DNA of 64,000 nucleotides, taken from the sequence record OM634661.1; one strand, 5' to 3'. Position 1 is the first letter of the stretch. The number at the start of each line of letters is the position of its first letter. The translations under genes and the position numbers were made by a program. The notes under the pieces were generated by a model. It saw only the letters and a list, made by a program, of their open reading frames with translations, was not told the origin of the DNA and did no database searches. Below, in pieces: positions 61,001 to 64,000 of this stretch.

Positions 61001-61247
61001 CCCAACTATACAAACAGGGTTCTATTACTTAGGAAAAGATGAGTATTACTTATATAATGAACCTGTTGTTCTTGAACCTACAGCTAAAGATGTACCAACT
61101 GCTAAAAATGTAAAGTATGTTGATGGTAAGTATGAAAAAGGTGCTTACATTGAAGAAGGTTCAGTGAATAATGTAAGGAACTCTGGATTTGATACAACAA
61201 CGAATATTAAAACAATATACAAAAAAACATTTAAGAAAGAAGTCTAA
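58014..61247 (+). CDS. Baseplate or fibre protein with two LysM domains
   Basis: TTG start after AAAGGAGG; HEVATGDTFKSIADSHNV...LNP...LTVGQKLEVP and YIAGENDTYETIGKKFGV...LEVIVP. Confidence 0.72.
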   Translation: MAQYGHNFYGTAYYGKTNAFSGDYTTKEIPTDEDLKSTFTVNIQAVIPDAFYGPQSDEIIPSENDWTYDEAFDVLKSNKGNASLEFGITCDRIIIHHEKRNSGADKITVQIKTIPVDGSEPTERTETFSSKSSNINTNANFTIGNLAYGRQEVKVIIDGANPSTDYFSFKGISCRVTHFTIETRAGKDGVWTDFVKINTTYTVVNADQFRYKVSGTSPDYAGNNMIQVRVWMASSDNEMTPEIMSIENIAGNSENRTERGYWEGIIDMQLVATAIGKTFRKIEGIYWTQRVPETTDLIIRSCSSTNALSFGKWTVPYRLNTYRVRLKEGIQEGYIDTPLVKPESKSQFIRNIQWEEWRDQSYLPPDDTNTWVRYVFLDTTKSNENNPYHMIHNPMNASDKTLYSLGKRNFYVRVRLHRRIDKMSPAVDFIHLDSRMNYTEEKIIEGKDFSAVNNHNTGKDIVLDMSTLSYNPPAEVNQPTYELDDRTNRPQDVVLYYDSEKEEGIRSNETTNPSDKIWAETKTREPGMTTGLRKHYQYSGGNVRYPEVRKVEMASSFTPSLDRSKKYRYYLQNGWPTIFHEVATGDTFKSIADSHNVKEDDLKNLNPDPIYNDNGTLTVGQKLEVPNYSTNENVDIKFESNDDVITDKSSQNALIDQSNDLTSDVIVSQVVKSSIYGEVDWVSDERIYEGVINPNDVRKEYKRSHITPDSGVSTEFRYIAGENDTYETIGKKFGVDPLDIALKNQEVEVVQGLEVIVPARITLPDIHPKAYVSDNPYKIDIIYNSVKKQDGTVIPESALDVTEVEIEYKIKLVEEVRVTRGQVRNGKDLLSHPRIKKITKVTSLDRVREYNPYDPVQKSGDFLRDNNYIDWSPAEGTSSEPEPLEDYYVSYECEVPDRVTITIDTNYFEEGGVDRIWRSPEVKEFSGMCYPGFDFKVEAPPFSEWKNSNDEDVEDFEYVIEDDDLWVKTWIEYDEAENKYYVMGSLQDLVPKDNWFPTIQTGFYYLGKDEYYLYNEPVVLEPTAKDVPTAKNVKYVDGKYEKGAYIEEGSVNNVRNSGFDTTTNIKTIYKKTFKKEV

Positions 61248-61269
61248 GTCAGCGATAAGCTGGCTTTTT
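61246..61269 (+). terminator. Intrinsic terminator
   Basis: AAGTCAGC-GATAA-GCTGGCTT followed by TTT. Confidence 0.75.
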
Positions 61270-61273
61270 CTCA

Positions 61274-61302
61274 TTGACTAAATTTTACAGAATGGTTAGT
61301 AT
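61274..61302 (+). promoter_or_regulatory. SigA-type promoter
   Basis: TTGACT-N17-TAGTAT directly after the terminator; hairpin GCCCCT-TTAC-AGGGGT at the predicted 5' end. Confidence 0.6.
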
Positions 61303-61350
61303 TTAGTATGCCCCTTTACAGGGGTAAATTTTAATAAGAGGTGTTGCTAA

Positions 61351-63246
61351 TTGTCTTCAATCGAGATGCTAAAAATGCAAAAGGAAATCAGCCAAAACAA
61401 AGAAGAGGTTGAAAGATTGCAAGGTATCATCGAGGCAAAAGTGAATGTAGGCTCAGTGAAAACGTATGTCATTAACAAAGAAAGATGGGGCATTTACGAT
61501 GATCTTTCTCATCCCGAAGAAACGACAAAGGGAATTAATGATGCGATTAATTGGGCAGTAAAAGAAGGAGGTTTCAACCATGTTTTTTTACCAAGGGGTG
61601 ATTACTTGATAGATCCTATAGGTAAAAAAAGATTTGAGGAAGAAGGCGGCATACATATTGAAGTCTCTAACTTCCATTTTGAATTAGCAAAAGATGCAAG
61701 ACTAAAAGCTATGACAAACGATGCATGGGGTTACAATCTTATTTTCACTAGGAAGACAAAGAATATTATCATTAGCGGAGGGATTATTGAAGGAGACAGA
61801 TACGAGCATGACTATGAAGGTTATCCAGAAATCAAAGATAGAGTGAGACATGAGTGGGGATTTGGCATCTCTATTCAAGGATCTGAAAACATTATTGTAG
61901 AGAATGTAGAATTAAGAAACTTTACAGGTGACGGTATTATTGTGGCAGCTCATGGAATGATTGGCGTTCCTTGGGTTGATTATACTCCTCCAAAACGAGT
62001 CACAATAAAAGATTGTAAGTTTGATTCTGCTAGAAGAAATAATATATCAGTAGTCTCCTCAGATGGTGTTTTGATTATGAATAACAAGATTATTAATGCT
62101 GGAGGTCCTGGAACGAAAGATAATCCTAAGTCAGCTGGAACTACCCCTCAATTCGGAATTGATCTTGAAGGTTATGGAGAAGATGATATTGATTATGAAA
62201 CACCTGATCATGTCTTAGTAATTGGCAACTATTTCAAAAACAATGCCGTTGCTTCACTTATAAACTTCTCAGGATATAAAGTAATTGTTTCTAATAATAT
62301 ATCTGACAATCTCATTTCATATGGAAATGGAACAGATACGATCATTACAAACAATCTAATGATCAGAGAAGATAGAAAAGGAACAGCTATTGCTGGAGCA
62401 AAAGTATCACAAGGGTTTGATAGAAATGGTGCAATTATTAGTGGCAATATGATCACTGGATTTGAAACAGGTATTGATGTTAGAGGCGTAAATTCTATTG
62501 TTTCTAATAACATGATCAATGATGTCATCAATGGAATCAACTGTTACAATTTAGAAAACGCATTGATTGCAAATAATTATGTTTGGAAAGTTCAATCAAG
62601 AGGGATAAATGTAACAGAGAGTGTTCAAGACATCACGATAGAAAGCAATGTACTTAAAGATGTCAAAGACACTTCCATGTATTTGTTTAATTCTAAGAAA
62701 ATCAAAATTAGAAGTAATGATTTCAGTAACTGTAAAAAAGCCCTTCGCATCAATGGAGCAAAGAGTATTTTCGCTGCTAATAATACATTCGATGTAAATG
62801 GATTTGAAGGAGCAGAAGGCGAAATCATTATTGAAAACAATGCAGATGTTTTACTCAAAGATAATATTTTCAATGAGTCTAAAAATAATGCAGTGATGGT
62901 TCTTGGCAAAGCAGATACAAGAGTAAAGATGATAGGAAACCATTTTGAAAAACCTTCTTCCTTTATTCTAGTTCTATGTAATGATTTGAAGAATCTTGAG
63001 ATGATGAACAATACAATGTCATTCCTTCCAAACAGAAACGGAGTCCAAGGTATAAGACTAGAAAGATGCAGCGAGGCTCTGTTATTAAACAACACCATTT
63101 CTTCAGGAAATGAATATACACTAGGAGATGCAATACATACTGCAAACTCATCATCAACAAAGATCCTTCGTAACACTATCTTGAAAGGTAAAATAAATAA
63201 AAATTCTACAACAGATACAGATGAGGGGAATATCGTTATAGGATAA
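61351..63246 (+). CDS. Right-handed parallel beta-helix protein (pectate-lyase-like, possible depolymerase)
   Basis: TTG start after AGAGGTG; GINDAINWA...VFLPRGDY start and many I/V-x-I-x-N-N beta-helix rungs. Confidence 0.8.
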   Translation: MSSIEMLKMQKEISQNKEEVERLQGIIEAKVNVGSVKTYVINKERWGIYDDLSHPEETTKGINDAINWAVKEGGFNHVFLPRGDYLIDPIGKKRFEEEGGIHIEVSNFHFELAKDARLKAMTNDAWGYNLIFTRKTKNIIISGGIIEGDRYEHDYEGYPEIKDRVRHEWGFGISIQGSENIIVENVELRNFTGDGIIVAAHGMIGVPWVDYTPPKRVTIKDCKFDSARRNNISVVSSDGVLIMNNKIINAGGPGTKDNPKSAGTTPQFGIDLEGYGEDDIDYETPDHVLVIGNYFKNNAVASLINFSGYKVIVSNNISDNLISYGNGTDTIITNNLMIREDRKGTAIAGAKVSQGFDRNGAIISGNMITGFETGIDVRGVNSIVSNNMINDVINGINCYNLENALIANNYVWKVQSRGINVTESVQDITIESNVLKDVKDTSMYLFNSKKIKIRSNDFSNCKKALRINGAKSIFAANNTFDVNGFEGAEGEIIIENNADVLLKDNIFNESKNNAVMVLGKADTRVKMIGNHFEKPSSFILVLCNDLKNLEMMNNTMSFLPNRNGVQGIRLERCSEALLLNNTISSGNEYTLGDAIHTANSSSTKILRNTILKGKINKNSTTDTDEGNIVIG

Positions 63247-63257
63247 ATAAATGGAGG

Positions 63258-63280
63258 AGACACCTTAAATGGTGTCTTTT
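63258..63280 (+). terminator. Intrinsic terminator
   Basis: AGACACC-TTAAAT-GGTGTCT followed by TTT. Confidence 0.7.
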
Positions 63281-63345
63281 CTTATTGCTTTTAAAAAAAA
63301 TAGTGGTTAAAAAGGAGAAAGAAGACTCTAAAAGGAGTGATGGAA

Positions 63346-64000
63346 ATGTCAGATTATATTGAAGCAATTACTTCTATAGATGAAGAAAAAGAAGTTCTTG
63401 TGTTTGAAACAGAAGGGTACGTTGTAGATGGCGATAAAAACTGGAAAGATATATTTGTAGAAACTGAATTTGTATACAAAGGTGGAAAGATAGGTATATC
63501 ACCAAGAGTATATGAGACAAATATGTATATGTATGTGGAACTAGAAAATACACAGATAAGTGATCCAGATGTAGATCCTATTGTTTATAAAGGATCAGCT
63601 ACTATTGGAGTGCAAGTCACATATGATAGAAATTTACTTGCAGCAAAAGATATACCTGGGCTTGTAATTGATCAACATTATGTATTAAAAGCAAAAATTA
63701 CAAAGACAAATTATAAAATCTATTTAGATGACACTGTTATATTCAATATAGAATACAGTGGTATGCCTAGAGGATCTGTAGGAGCATTTGCTTCATCAGG
63801 AAATGAACTTGTAAGGATGGAAGTACAAAGCTCATTCCCTGATGCATGGGAAACAAATGTTGATGAAATTAGTGGGGCTATATGTTCCACAGAAGAAGAT
63901 AATGCAAGTAATAAATTTATCTATTTGAAAAACAGCAAGGCTGATAAAGAATTATTTATAGAACAAGAAATTGATGTGAAGGAAAATAAAGACAGAACCA
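63346..64000 (+). CDS. Partial ORF (runs off the window), concanavalin/LamG-like virion protein
   Basis: AAAGGAG RBS and ATG 63346; open to the window end (MSDYIEAITS...NWKDIFVETEF...YKIYLDD...RGSVGAF). Confidence 0.55.
   Translation, partial: MSDYIEAITSIDEEKEVLVFETEGYVVDGDKNWKDIFVETEFVYKGGKIGISPRVYETNMYMYVELENTQISDPDVDPIVYKGSATIGVQVTYDRNLLAAKDIPGLVIDQHYVLKAKITKTNYKIYLDDTVIFNIEYSGMPRGSVGAFASSGNELVRMEVQSSFPDAWETNVDEISGAICSTEEDNASNKFIYLKNSKADKELFIEQEIDVKENKDRT

Larger units (their letters stand above)
1..64000 (+). mobile_element. Structural gene region of a large myovirus-type phage or prophage
   Basis: Co-directional terminase, portal, protease, capsid, sheath, tube, tape measure and baseplate genes; no host housekeeping genes seen. 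Confidence 0.97.

Noticed and set aside
62625-63263. 212-aa minus-strand ORF
   Set aside because: Antisense shadow of the beta-helix gene; no RBS or recognisable motif.
1-64000. tRNA, rRNA, CRISPR array, integrase, att site or diversity-generating retroelement
   Set aside because: No cloverleaf, spaced direct repeats, recombinase or reverse-transcriptase motifs, or template/variable repeat pair recognised by eye; tRNAscan, CRISPR finders and a self dot-plot would be needed to exclude them formally.

Overview
This window is the virion-morphogenesis region of a large, AT-rich, contractile-tailed phage or prophage. Strong AGGAGG-type ribosome-binding sites, LysM domains and peptidoglycan hydrolases point to a Gram-positive Bacillota host (inference). 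All credible genes are on the + strand, in this order: a membrane-anchored beta-propeller protein, a free-standing HNH endonuclease, a small zinc-finger ORF missed by the track, a possible small terminase, four Gly/Ala-rich ORFs, terminase large subunit with an intein in its P-loop, a metallophosphoesterase, a portal-MuF fusion, protease/scaffold, decoration protein, major capsid protein, neck genes, two sheath-fold genes, three tube-fold genes, two chaperone paralogues, a tape-measure-like gene split by a group I intron, two giant proteins (2434 and 2326 aa), a dual-activity lysin, baseplate and fibre genes, and a moron-like beta-helix gene. The standout is the 2434-aa ORF at 35003-42307. It carries an N-terminal DEDDh exonuclease and, in one chain and in the right order, the catalytic motifs of both RNA polymerase beta and beta' double-psi barrels (ending in NRYPT...ADYDGD). 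It is therefore a candidate virion-packaged single-chain RNA polymerase, encoded between the tape measure and a nuclease-bearing baseplate hub. Other hidden signals are a precisely mappable group I intron (31818-32878), an SPP1-like CCC-TAA +1 frameshift, an in-frame nested scaffold gene and a structured intergenic RNA with anti-Shine-Dalgarno loops. All protein calls come from motif recognition and gene order; no database search was run.
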